Shown piece by piece: positions 1-12,600 of a stretch of 64,000 bases of DNA (position 1 is its first letter; each line of letters opens with the position of its first letter). The position numbers and the translations under genes are program-made. The notes beneath the pieces were generated by a model, which had not been told where the DNA came from, did not search any database, and was given only the letters and a program-made list of their open reading frames with translations. The DNA comes from Octopus sinensis (Eukaryota): NCBI RefSeq assembly GCF_006345805.1, contig NC_043017.1, forward strand, positions 1,178,001 through 1,242,000. Direction: 5' to 3'.

Positions 1-244
1 AACGACACGCACAGACATAGACGTCACAGCATACACCACAATTTATTAAACAGTGGATAAAACTCCATTGAGTCTCCCTGCTGTTGCTCTCTTCGCTTGT
101 TCGCACTTTAGTCTATCTCTAACTCCCCCACTCCCACATTGTACGTACATACATACATACATGTGGATAAATAAACGGATATATGTGTATATATGCAAGT
201 ATATACATATAGACATACATACGTATAAACATACATACATATAC

Positions 245-416
<172 letters not shown>

Positions 417-558
417 AAAGCAATTAAGATTCAAGTGAGTTCTAATGAATTCACATGAATGCGGTACTTAACTTAGATGCACCAGATATTTATATGGTAT
501 TAACCATAAAATAATGTGGGGTGATTATAAACAAGAAAAAAGCAACAAGAATGGATTA

Positions 559-653
559 GTTTTTCAGTTCAATTGTTTCATACGAAGAACAGCTTTATTA
601 AAAGCTGCAAATATTGCAGCAAATACAAGTGTCCCGTACTCATCAGCCAAAAC
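559..653 (-). ncRNA. Degenerate hammerhead-like motif
   Basis: CUGAUGA-GUACG...CGUAU-GAAA-CAAUUG-A-A-CUGAAAAAC; stem II pairs, stem III palindrome CAAUUG, but U16.1 is A. Confidence 0.4.
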
Positions 654-953
654 ACATATGAGTTCTCCAAACATCCTAGTGGGGTGAGGCTACACCCATG
701 AAGTATCGAAGAGAGTTCTATAAAAAGCAAATTTAGATTGTAAGCAGACTTCCAAAGTTCTCTAATGATGCACAGTTTTATAAAAGGTTTTAAAAAAGCT
801 TGTTAGCTTCACAGAAAAGGTAAATCCATCAATAATAATGTAGGTGTAATTTTCGGAGATATGAGGAGATATTTCATGCTCAGAGACGACGAATTTATCC
901 ATAATTTATCCATAATAAAGTGGGTATAATTTCCTGATATATGAGAAGATACT

Positions 954-1014
954 GATCACACTTCTGTTCATTTCATAAAACTAGTAGTTTTGTGAAATGA
1001 ACAGAAGTGTGATC
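954..1014. repeat. Palindrome, 30-bp arms
   Basis: GATCACACTTCTGTTCATTTCATAAAACTA-G-TAGTTTTGTGAAATGAACAGAAGTGTGATC; one T:G mismatch. Confidence 0.9.
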
Positions 1015-1067
1015 TTCTGGAACCATGTTGCTGGTAAGCAAGCTACTTAGAACATAGCCATCCTGAG

Positions 1068-1102
<35 letters not shown>

Positions 1103-1607
1103 TACTTATTTATCTCTTACTTGCTTCAGTCATCAGACTGCGGCCGTGATGGGGAACGCGTTGCTGAATTTTTATTCTAACAAGTTGATCGTAGTACGTT
1201 TTCAAGCCTGGTACCTGTTGTATTGGCCTTTTGGATCAACCGCTAAGTTACGGGAACATATCTATCTGTCTGTCTGTCCCTCTGTCTATATCTCTATCTC
1301 TACTTCTCTCTCTCTTTCTCTCTCTGTCTATCCATATATATATGTATGTATACACACACACACATATACATACTTCAAAATAAGCAAGAGGATATCCAGA
1401 GGTAATGCAGTACGATCGTTTCAAGCGACTCCATTTAATTGAACAATGCAATTTAAATCCAGAGCAATACTCAGCCGCATAAATACATAGAATTAAATTA
1501 AATTAAAATAGATAGACATATTAGAATAATCTTACATAATACCTCCATGAATGTAAGGAGCTAGACAAAGAACATGCTATATTCTCTTCAACCATACATA
1601 TGTATAC

Positions 1608-1757
<150 letters not shown>

Positions 1758-1919
1758 TCTCCCCACAGACTTACCATCTGAAAAATTCACTGAAGACTAT
1801 CGGTTGTCTCGTTGCTCCGGTGCTACAGTTACGCATTGGAACTCAACCCGAAACGGCGTGATTTTATAACGAGCTTTCTAAATACGCAGTCTCTGCCTGC
1901 ATCTGATGATATGCAATAC

Positions 1920-2210
1920 TGAAGCTATGATATATAGATGTCAAACTTTATTAGTTGTCTGGAAATTCTTATAATGTATTTGTTGATGATTTATTAATTT
2001 TTTTCTATAAATTACTAAAATCTTTCAGGTATTTCTTGAAAATAAATAAGAGGAAAGTTCTCAAGGATGATTACTTAAGCATAGCAATTACCCGCAAGCA
2101 ACAAATCTCGTTTTAAACTATTGAGAATAACAATATTCATCTCCTTGCTTTGTATCTCTAAATAACTGCTTAAGTTTAAATAGATTTACGTAATAATAAC
2201 TGACTAACGA
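1920..2210 (+). pseudogene. Possible decayed leucine-rich-repeat coding remnant
   Basis: LSGNS, TIENNNIHLL (2117-2146), IDLRNNN*LT (2180-2209) across broken frames. Confidence 0.35.
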
Positions 2211-3099
2211 AGCGAAAAGTGAAAAGTGTATTCTTGCTATATAGAATAATGGAACTGCTATATTTACCCATTTTTTTTCTTCAAGAACCAGCAAGATAAA
2301 TTAGAACCAGCAAGTATAAATCGATCCCGGGACTTATTTGTGTTTTAAATTGTGTTGTCTATTCTATCGGTGCTTTTTGCCGAACAGCTAGGATATAAAG
2401 GCGTAAGAAATCCAGCATTTACTCTCACGAACATACTGATCTGAAACGTAAATAATCCGTTCACCAAAAGACTCTTACGTAGCACCATCGTGATGCGCAA
2501 GATGGAAAGATTCACTTCGGGGAGACTTTTTGAACACACTGTGTGTGTGTGCATGTATATATATATATGTGTGTATGTATATATATGTTTATGTGTGTCT
2601 CAATGTGTGCATGTTTTTTGTTTGTGTTTCTGCCTTCTCGCCGCTAATCCTTTGTTTACGCTCCAGCGATTTAGCGGTTTCGCATTTCTTCACATCAGTT
2701 CGATAGTATTCGTACCAAACCCGAGATAAGTACTTGAGTCTATTCTCCTAACTAATAACCTTTATTGACCGTGCCCCAGCATGGTCTCAATCCAATGAAG
2801 GAAGCAAGTAAAATGTCGATAGATAAGCGATTCTCTTACATCCAGGAACAGCCTAGATTTATTCAGGAACCTATTTCATGGAACGAAGAGTAGTTAAATA
2901 TTTATTCGCTGATTGCCGTGACGTGAGGGGGCGAAGCAGGCATGCGACGGATTCTATAGGATGTTATTGTATTACGCTGTCAACATTACCTTAAATGGTG
3001 AAGAGGGAACAATCGATGCGGATGTTTGCGTTCTTGTTGTTGCTGATGTTGCTGACGTTTCACAATTTAAATATTATTCATCTTGTCAAGCGATGATCA

Positions 3100-5620
3100 C
3101 GTGACCTAGCTTATTGGACAACCTCGCGGGAAATTAGTTTCCGGTTCAAAAGCCGTGTTAGATTGCGAACATTATTAGAATGTCGTAAGGCGGTGAGTTG
3201 GCAGAAACGTTAGCACGCCAGGCGAAATGTTTGGCAACATTTCGTCTGCTGTTACGTTCTGAGTTCAAACTCCGCCGAGGTCGACTTTGCCTTTCATCCT
3301 TTCGGGGTCGAGTAAATAAGTATCAGTTACGCACTGGGGTCGATATAATCAATTTAATCCGTTTGTCTATCCTTGTTTGTCTTCTCTGTGTGTAGTCCCT
3401 TGTGGGTAGTAAAGAAATATATATTTCGTCTGTCTTCACATTCTGAGTTAACATTCCGCCGAGGTCGACTTTGCCTTCCATCCTTTCGGGCTGATAAATT
3501 AAGTAACAGAAAAACGCTGGGGTCGATGTAATCGACTGGTCCCCTCCCCACAAATGTCAAGCCTTTTACCTCCAGCAGAACGCATTATTAGAGTGCCGCA
3601 AGTCGGTGAGTTGGCAGAAAAGTTAGCACACGAGGCGAAATGTTTAGCAACATTTCGTCTGCTGTTACGTTTTGAGTTCAAACTCCACCGAGGTCGAGTT
3701 TGCCTTTCTTCCTTTCGGGGTCGATTAAATTAGTACCAGTTACGCACTGGGGTCGAATAATCGACTTAATCGGTTTGTCTGTCCTTGTTTGTCCTCTCTG
3801 TGTTAAGCCTCTTGTGGGTAGTAAAAAAAATAGGTATTTCGTCTGCTGCTACGTTCCGAGTTCAAATTCCGCCGAGGTCGACTTTGCCCTTCATCCTTTC
3901 TGGGTCGATAAATTAAGTACCAGTTACGTACTGACGTCGATCTTATTGACTGGCTCTCTCCTCCAAAATTGTGCCTAGGGTACAAAAGAATCGTTAGCAC
4001 GCTGAACGAAATGCTTAGCTGTGTTTCGCCCGTCGCTACGTTGAGTAGTAGTTCCGCCGAGGTAGACATTGCCTTCCATCCTTTCGGGGTTGATAAATTA
4101 AGTACTAGTGGCGTACTGGGGTCCATATAATCTACTTAGCCCGCTCTTTGTGCCTTCAGTTGAGCAGTTTGTTGTTACCGCACCGAATAATATGCTTAGC
4201 GCGATTACGTTCCTCTTTTCGTTCAGAGTTCAAATTCCGAGGTCAATTTTTACCATTCATCCTTTCGGAGTCAATAAAATAAGTACCAGTTGAGCACTGG
4301 GGTCGTTGTAATCAACTTAGCTCTTCCTCTGAATTTTCTGACCTAGCGTCAAATTTTGAAACCAATATTATTGATCTTGTCAAGGATGATCATATGAACT
4401 GGCTCATTAAAGAATCTAGCCGGAAATTAATTTCCGGTTCTACAACGGTGATAAATTGCTGGCATAATCAGAGCGTTTTAAGTCGGCGAAATGGCAGAAT
4501 GGTTACCAAGCAAAATGCTTAGCGTTTCAATCGTCTGTCTTTACGTTATCTGTGCAAATGTCGCCGATGTCGACTTTGCTTTTTATCATTTCGGAACTGA
4601 AGAAATAAATACCTATTTCTTTATTACCCACAAGGGGCTAAACATAGAGAGGACAAACAAGGATAGACGTAGGTATTAAGTCGATTACATCGACCCCAGT
4701 GCGTAACTGGTACTTAATTTATCGACCCAGAAAGGATGAAAGGCAAAGTAGACCACGGCGGAATTTGAACTCAGAACGTAACGGCAGACGAAATACCGCT
4801 AAGCATTTCGCCTGATGTGCTAACGATTCTTATTTCTTTATTGACCACAAGGGGCTAAACACAGAGGGGACAGACAAGGATAGACATAGGTATTAAGTCG
4901 ATTACATCGACCCCAGTGCGTAACTGGTACTTAATTTATCGACCCAGAAAGGATGAAAGGCAAAGTAGACCACGGCGGAATTTGAACTCAGAACGTAACG
5001 ACAGACGAAATACCGCTAGGCATTTCGCCCGGCGTGCTAACGTTTCCTCCAGCTCGCCGCCTGAAGAAATAAATACCAGTTGAGCACTGTTGTCAAGGTA
5101 ATCGATTTCCTTCCTCTCCCGAAATTGCTGGCCTTGCACAAAAAATTGAAAGCATTATTAGAATGTCGTGATGTAAGGAGCCAGCAGAATGTTACTGCGT
5201 CGCACAAAAGGCGTAGCAGCATTTCTTCCGATAATAAAGTTCTGAGTTCTAGGTCTGCCGACGTCGATTCTATCTTTCATCCTTTCGAGGCCAATGAAAT
5301 ATATACTGGTTGAGCACAGGGGTCGATGTGAACAATTATCGCCCACATTTTAAATTTCAGTCCTTGTGCCAATAACATAAATTATTAGAGTCATAGGTCG
5401 ACCAGCTGGCAGAACCGTTAGCACGCCGGGTAAAATGCGTTGTTATCATCTCTTCAAGCATTAGCTTCTGAGTTCAAAATCCTACTGCGGTCGGTTTTAA
5501 CGTTTATCAGTACAGAGTCGATTAATTAAGTACCAGAATAATTTTTTTTGAGTGATCTAATCCTGCCAAGTACAAATTAGCTTTTCGTTCTTCCGAAGTC
5601 AATGAAATAGATACTGAAAT
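3100..5620. repeat. Dense cluster of tRNA-derived SINEs (family A, Deu/Nin-domain-like), both orientations
   Basis: At least 10 copies with A box TGGCAGAA.CGTT, B box GAGTTCAAA and body GTCGACTTTGCCTTTCATCCTTTCGGGGTCGATAAATTAAGTACCAG. Confidence 0.85.
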
Positions 5621-6052
5621 ATTAAAGACAGCTTAAATGATTTGGTCTAAATGCCATACTGTAATTTCCTCACTGCTTCATACATTCTCAATACAAATTC
5701 TGCTAATTTAGTCTTCGCCTTTCACCCAGCATTTATCTTGTGGGGATTGATAAAATAAGCACTATTATAATACATAGGATAAGAATATACGTTACTACTA
5801 ATATACTAGCGACTAATTATATATAATAGTATTGTAATACTAGGAATAAATAATATGAATATTATTAAATTTCAAGGATTCAAAACGATATAATACTAAT
5901 GACATATTTGAGGTTAATCAATTAACTGGTAATCAAATACTAGTGATCAATAATATAAAGTATCATTACAATAATAGAGATCAATATACTATTAAAATAT
6001 TAGAAGCCGTGATTGAAAATACTATCAAATTAGAAAGGATAAAGAACATAGC

Positions 6053-6345
6053 TGCAGGCGTGGCTGAAGGGTAATAAATATGATTCTCAACCACAAGCTT
6101 GCGGGTTCAGTCCCCCTGCACAGCATCTTGGGGAAATATGCTCTACTTTAGTCTCGAGCTGCCCAAAGAGTTCTAAGTGCATCTGGTAGACGAAATACAT
6201 GCAGCGTGTGTGTGTGTGTGCCTGTGTTTGCGTGAATGTGCATGGGTTTGTCCTCCGCAGCCGCTTGACAACAATTGTTGGTGTGTCTATGTCCATGTAA
6301 ATTAGCGCTTCGGCATAAAGTATTGATAGAATAAGTGCCAGACAT
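6053..6345 (+). repeat. CORE-type tRNA-derived SINE (family B), diverged
   Basis: Head GCGGGTTCAGTCCCCCTGCACAGCATCTTGGG, central (GT)n, GCTTGACAAC...GGTGTG body. Confidence 0.7.
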
Positions 6346-6346
6346 G

Positions 6347-6915
6347 TATGGGTTTCTCCGGAAAGTTCGTGCCGATTTATAGTACCTTACCTTTCCACTT
6401 ATTTTAGAACATGGTTGAGTCCGTAAAATAGAATTTGACTACACCTCCATTTAGAGTAGGGTTTAAGCTATCTTTTCATGGAAGAAGATTTATGTTCCTA
6501 TAACCTATGTTAATTCTGTAACCCTTTAAAATGGAAGATAACAAAGATCATTTTCGGCACTTAAGGATTTGGGAACCAGACAAAAATTGCTGCAACTCGG
6601 CTGGGATGTGTTACCCCACGCTCCATATTCACTAGATATTGCTCCCTCGGATTTCCACTTATTCAGGTCTCTGCAGAATAGTCTTAATGGTAAAAATTTC
6701 AATTCTTTGGATGAAGTAAAAGATACCTTGATGAATTCTTTGCTATGAAACCACCTCAATTCTGGGAAGAGGGTATTTTCAAGTTAAATGAAAGATGGAG
6801 ACGCATTGTGCAACGAAATGGTTCATATTTGGTTGATTCAAAATGTAATGGCAAGTATTTATTGACCTTTTTCTTTTCTTTAAAAATCGGCACGAACTTT
6901 CCGGACAACCCAATA
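6347..6915 (+). mobile_element. Internally deleted mariner transposon with both terminal inverted repeats
   Basis: ~30-bp TIRs (TATGGGTTTCTCCGGAAAGTTCGTGCCGATTT and its near complement at 6884-6915), TA at both ends; residual transposase LGWDVLPHAPYSLDIAPSDFHLFRSLQN...ERWRRIV. Confidence 0.9.
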
Positions 6916-7675
6916 CATGAAAATTAGTTACTGGCGTCAGTTGGTTCGATTAACGTTCTTGAAAGTGTTGCTCCAGCATGACCGCAACCCAGTGATTGGA
7001 ACAAAAGATAAAGAAGAGATATAAAGGTGTCTATTCGAATACGACAGTAAAGTAGTATAGAGTAAAAAAATAAGCGACTTTGTTATTAAGAACTGTCAAA
7101 ACGTCTGGGTTAACAATGAATATTCAAAAACCAACGATGAAATAAAATATATCAATGTTTGAAGATTTCTTGATGTAAGGGTAAGCGTTTATTGAACGAA
7201 TCTTTTAGTGATTATTAGGTGGTACGTCGGTTGGGATTTAGAGCACCGGATTGATTTCATTGTTATGTTTATGGGCAAGTATCACATAAAGAATTTCTCA
7301 TTCAATGATAATCATACAAGTGACAGGGGAGATAAAGTTGTTTATAAGATGTGGTCTTGTGATATGAGGCATTGAAAGGTTTTACGTCAGCTCCTACAGC
7401 GCACGTAACTAAGTTGTGTATTCTTGTTCTTCATTGCCTAACCATACGTGACAAACGATGAAATCTATCTATATTTTACTTCTCCACTTCCGTCTCTCAC
7501 TCACTCTACAAACATACATACATACATAGCCTCCAATGTAACCGGCGCATACTGTAAGGATAATCTGGAAACTTGACCGAGGAAGGAAGGCCACGAATGA
7601 CCCGTCTTTGTATCGTCTATCTCTCCACATCTTTTATTGTCGTCTGTTGCATTCTGCTTCCACTCTTTGGACTCC

Positions 7676-7734
<59 letters not shown>

Positions 7735-7736
<2 letters not shown>

Positions 7737-7930
7737 TGTCTCATTATCTCTTTTACTTGTTTGAGTCATCTGAATGCGGCCATGCTGGAGCACCACCTTT
7801 AGTCGAGCAAATCGATCCCCGGATTTATTCTTTGGAAGCCTAGTACTTATTCTATCGGACTCTTATGCCGAAACGCTAAGTTACGGGAACGTAAACACAC
7901 CACCACCAGTTGTCAAGCGATGTTACACAT
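7735..7930 (-). repeat. SINE family B 3' half
   Basis: GCGGCCATGCTGGAGCACCACCTTTAGTCGAGCAAATCGA...CTAAGTTACGGG. Confidence 0.8.
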
Positions 7931-7934
7931 ACAC

Positions 7935-8760
7935 AGGGTGTAGGGAATATACTGTTGTCTAAATTACGCAAAAATTAAAATAACACTGATATCTCATCTA
8001 AAATATATATTTATCAAAGTTACATCATCAAAATAAATTGAAATACTAGAGAGTAAATCTATCCAATAAAATCGCAATTGGCTTCAACCACGGCCTCCAG
8101 ACAACTCCGGAATATCCTGCAACTCTTCTCGACGGTCTCCTTGTGCAGAGTGGTGAATGCTGCCATAATCCTTGCCTTCAGTTCAACTTTGGTGTTAGAA
8201 GGAGTTTTGTTGTTCTCTCGCTCAACTCCGCCCTACACATAATAATGAAGAGGGTTTGCAGTGACGGGAGTTAGGTGGCCAGATATTAGGGGACATGTTA
8301 TTGCAGAAATTCCATGACAACCGTGACTGGGTTCTCCTGCTTCTGTAGTATGGTACAGAACCCTGTTGCTAGACATAATGTTTTCCAGCAGCCACCCTCT
8401 CGATCCAGGGCAGCACTACCTTCTCCAGACACTTGGTGGAAGCCTCAGAATTGAGTCTGGGGCGGTGTGCGAAGATGAATGGCGGCATCACATCACTATC
8501 ACTAATGATCATTCCAAACTCAACGATGTTGACTGGGTGAATAATTTTTATCACTTTCGGTACATGCTTCTGGGACACAGCAAGCCAAAGGTCTTTCTGT
8601 GTTCACCATCTCTCCATACTTTCATGCTGGAGCTTCCGGCGCTTATGCCAAGTTGTACCGCATGTCGTTTCCAAATTTCTGGCACAGTGAATTGCGTCAT
8701 AATGCTATTTTTCTCACAGTGGGTGCTCAACTGACCCTACTATACTCTTTAGTCTACAAA
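7935..8760 (-). mobile_element. Decayed Tc1/mariner superfamily (maT/DD37D-like) transposase relic
   Basis: Minus-strand translation VMPPFIF...LEKVVLPWIERVAAG.HYV.QQ.S, IWPPNS, NTKVELKARIMAAF, EAVVEAN, broken by stops and frameshifts; TIRs not clearly matched. Confidence 0.75.
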
Positions 8761-8824
8761 ATAAAGAAAATGTGTCTTCGCAAAATTAAAAATATAAAAT
8801 GGTGACAATGTACCCATATATGTA

Positions 8825-8857
<33 letters not shown>

Positions 8858-8884
8858 ATACACTCACATACCTATTATACAAAC

Positions 8885-8946
<62 letters not shown>

Positions 8947-9563
8947 GCACACAATTGCACAGACATAAACAAACACATGCACACGCATATATATACTTAT
9001 ATTTTATATATATATATATATATATTTATATTTGTGCATATGTACATATATATATATATGTGTGTTTGTGTGTGTGTGTGTGTACGTGTGTGTGTGTGTA
9101 TCTATTATGTAGCGCCAACCAACACACACTTGCATACACCCGCACACAAATACCCTCATGCAGATTTATATAAGTGATTAAATCGGTTTCACCAACCTCT
9201 TACCATTGAAATAACCGAGACATTAAACTTCACCATTCCTCCAAACACCTCTTCATAACCCCCTCCCTAAAACATACATTTTAACACCATTAAGTGATTT
9301 CCTACAACATCAGTTTTAATGTATTTCCATTCATATCCATGTTTCGCTTAGAATTACGTCATATACTTTTGGTGTATATATCACAGAAAAAGAAAGTGTA
9401 TTGCTTAAGTACAAGAAAACACCCACATTGCTAAAGGAATTGAACAATAGATATGTTTTTCTTTGCGTGGGTGTGCTTGCAAGTGTATGTCTATTCCTCA
9501 GAAATTTAGATTTAGATAATTATATGTATTTATACTTGAATCTATAATTATATGTTTATATGT

Positions 9564-9564
<1 letters not shown>

Positions 9565-9653
<89 letters not shown>
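9565..9653 (+). repeat. (TATC)n microsatellite, 5' flank of Tx1 copy 1
   Basis: Perfect tetranucleotide run; other (TATC)n arrays at 13805-14020, 22146-22350 and 39596-39680. Confidence 0.95.
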
Positions 9654-9654
<1 letters not shown>

Positions 9655-12600
9655 GGGCGGTGCGTAAACTGATACGAGCCGAAAAGCGCACGGCAGCAAT
9701 GGGTGCGCTTTTCGGCTCGTATCAGTTTACGCACCGCCCTTAACAGGTCGGGCGGATTTCTTTCAACGTCTAGAAGTTTTCTTGGGAACGTCTCGTCCTT
9801 TACTCTTAGTGGGGGATTGGAATGCTACCTTGGACACGCATGTAGACTACGTGGGTAGAGATAGGAATAGACGGGGATGCAAATGCCTCAGAGACCTGCT
9901 CAGACGCTTTCAACTGTCTGACAGGTTTCGACTAGACCACCCGAATGCGCCAACGTGGACATGGAGCAACCGCATCGGGTCGTCGAGATCGTATCTAGAT
10001 AGGATACTGTGTAGGACAGTAGATAGAGATAGCATAGGATGTCCACAATTCCACATAGTCAGCTACACGGATCACAAACTTGTGACATGTACGCTAGACT
10101 TAGGTAAGACACTTAGGCAGGGTCCCGGATACTGGAAACTAAACGCGTCTTTCCCATCGAGACAAGTTTTCAGAGACCGGATTAGCACACTAGTAAAGAG
10201 GGCTTTGACGGGAGCCATCATCAACAACAAATGGTGGTTTGCCCTCAAGAGAGCAGTAAAAGCAGAAGCGATTAGGTACAGCAAAGCACTAGCCATAGAT
10301 AGAAATAGAGTAGAGGGTGAGCTAGTTAAGAAGCTAGAAGAGGCAATTAGAAGCGGCATCGCATCCGACGTTTTGGCGGCGAGGTTGGCCCTCGACCAAC
10401 ACTTCAACGCCAAACACGAAGGATGTGCTGTCAGAGCTAGGATGCGTGCTCTAAGGAACGAAGGTGTTGGAGCCGCGAGAGAGGCCCGGGTGGCAGAGGC
10501 GCAACAGGGCAACAAAGCCACCATTCGGTCACTGGTAGATGAACAGGGGCGCGAATTGCTCGAGCCAAGTAAAATGTGTGAGGCCTTTCAGCAGCATTTT
10601 GCCCGACTGTTCGGAACGAGTGGAGGGCAAGAACGTAGGGTGGACTTCAGTGCCTACCTACATAGCCTACCACGACTCTCGACAAGAAAGGCAGGGTGCT
10701 GCGAAGGTGCCATCACGGCGGCGGAAGTGCGGGAAGCGATGGCAGAATGCTCGAGGGACAAATCACCGGGTTTGGATGGTCTACCCTACGAGCTTTACAA
10801 TTGTATGCCAGACTTGTTTGGAGATCTCTTGGCGGCGGTGTACTGCAACTGGCAGCAAAACGGGAGCATTCCTGGTTTTGTGAGCCGAGGAGCCGTAACA
10901 CTGCTGAAGAAAGATCTAAACAAGGGAAATGTAATAGATAACTTTAGGCCCATCACTCTGCTTAATGCAGACTTGAAAATTTTGGCCAAGGTGCTAGCCA
11001 AGAGGTTGGCGCTTGTCATCGAGAAACTGGTCGACAAGGCGCAAACATGCGCCGTGCCAGGCCGGACCATCCATGACAACCTCCATCTGATGCGCTACAT
11101 CATAGACAGGGTAGTTAACGAACCTGGCATGGGTGGGGCCCTGATCAACTTGGATCAATCAAAAGCCTTTGATAGGGTAGACCATCGATACTTGGAGGCA
11201 GTCCTGAGAGCGGCTGGTTTCGGTCCCGTCTTCCGCGGCTGGATAGCTGCCTTGTACAGAGGCATCCGTTCGGTAATTCGCGTAAATGGACATCTATCGA
11301 GACCTTTCGACATTGCACGTTCGGTCCGTCAGGGATGCCCCCTCTCGGCGCTTCTATACGTATTGACTCTTGAGCCACTACTGCGAAAGCTGGCGACTCT
11401 AAGGGGCATCCCGCGAGAATTGGGATGCGGGACGAGCGTGTCTGCATACGCGGACGACGTCACCGTCATAGTGTCTAGCCACGAGCATATCGAGCTGGTC
11501 GGCGAGACACTGAAAAACTACGAAGCGGTGACAGGAGCGAAAATCAACCGGGAAAAGTCAGTGGGCTTGCGACTAGGCACCTGGAGAAGCAAGCCCATGC
11601 CGTCCACCAGCGCCTCCGTCGTGGGACGCTGGACCGACGGCCCGGTTGAGTTGCTCGGGGTCTGGTTTGGTCCGGACCTCCAAGTGGAGAAGAACTGGAA
11701 CGAGATAACGAGTAGGGTGGTCACTCTCGCCCGGCAATGGGCCGAGAGGAAACTGTCCCTAAAAGGTCGAGCGGAGGTGGCGAACACGTACATCGCGTCC
11801 GTCATCTACTACCGCCTGACCGTCGTACCTTGTCCCGACCCTACCATCACCAAACTACAACGCATCCTCTTTCGCTTCTTGTGGAAAGGATGCGTCCCGA
11901 TGGTCAGGCGATCCATTTGCTGTCAACACCCGTTAAAAGGAGGGCTGGGCATGCCGTGGTTGATGATGCGCAGACACGCGCTGAGACTGCGACATCTCTG
12001 GCTCTATGTAGACGACGGTGAACAGGTGTGGTCGCCGTTTGTGAGGCACGCTTTCCCGCAGCTCGTCTCCATGACCGAACTGCAGTCGTGGATCAAAAAG
12101 AGGCCGAGGAAGGGCGAATGGCACCGCGAGTGTCGCGTTGCTCTCAAGCAACTCTGCCGTCCTGGGTCGACCTTAAGTGACTTCAACACAACCAAAGCAT
12201 TCTATAGGGGTTTAGTGGAGGGGAGGTACGACGACGAGCTCGGGGCGAACCTGGACGTCGACGAGGAGTACCTGACCCGCCTGTTCGGGACGACTTTCGG
12301 GCCAGGGCCCATGGACAACTTCCAGAGATCCCTGGCCTGGCAGTGCTACCGAGAAGCGCTACCCGTTCGGGATAAGCTCTACAGACACGGCTCGAGAAAC
12401 ACGGGGCCGACCTGCCCGAGATGCGGTCAGAGCGACGAAACCGTTCTGCACGCACTCGTTCAGTGTCCAACAATTTCCGACCTGTGGGCTTATGTCGAAC
12501 AACTGCTGTCACATGTGGGACGAGTCGGTTTATCAGCTGAGTCTATCGTCAATATTGTCACGCCTCCTTCCTTCAAACGGGAAGGAAGAGCTATTTTCAT

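Noticed and set aside
1790-1865. CTGAAGA...GAAACGGCGTG hammerhead-like order
   Set aside because: Stem II is offset from the core, the cleavage position would be G, and stem I does not register.
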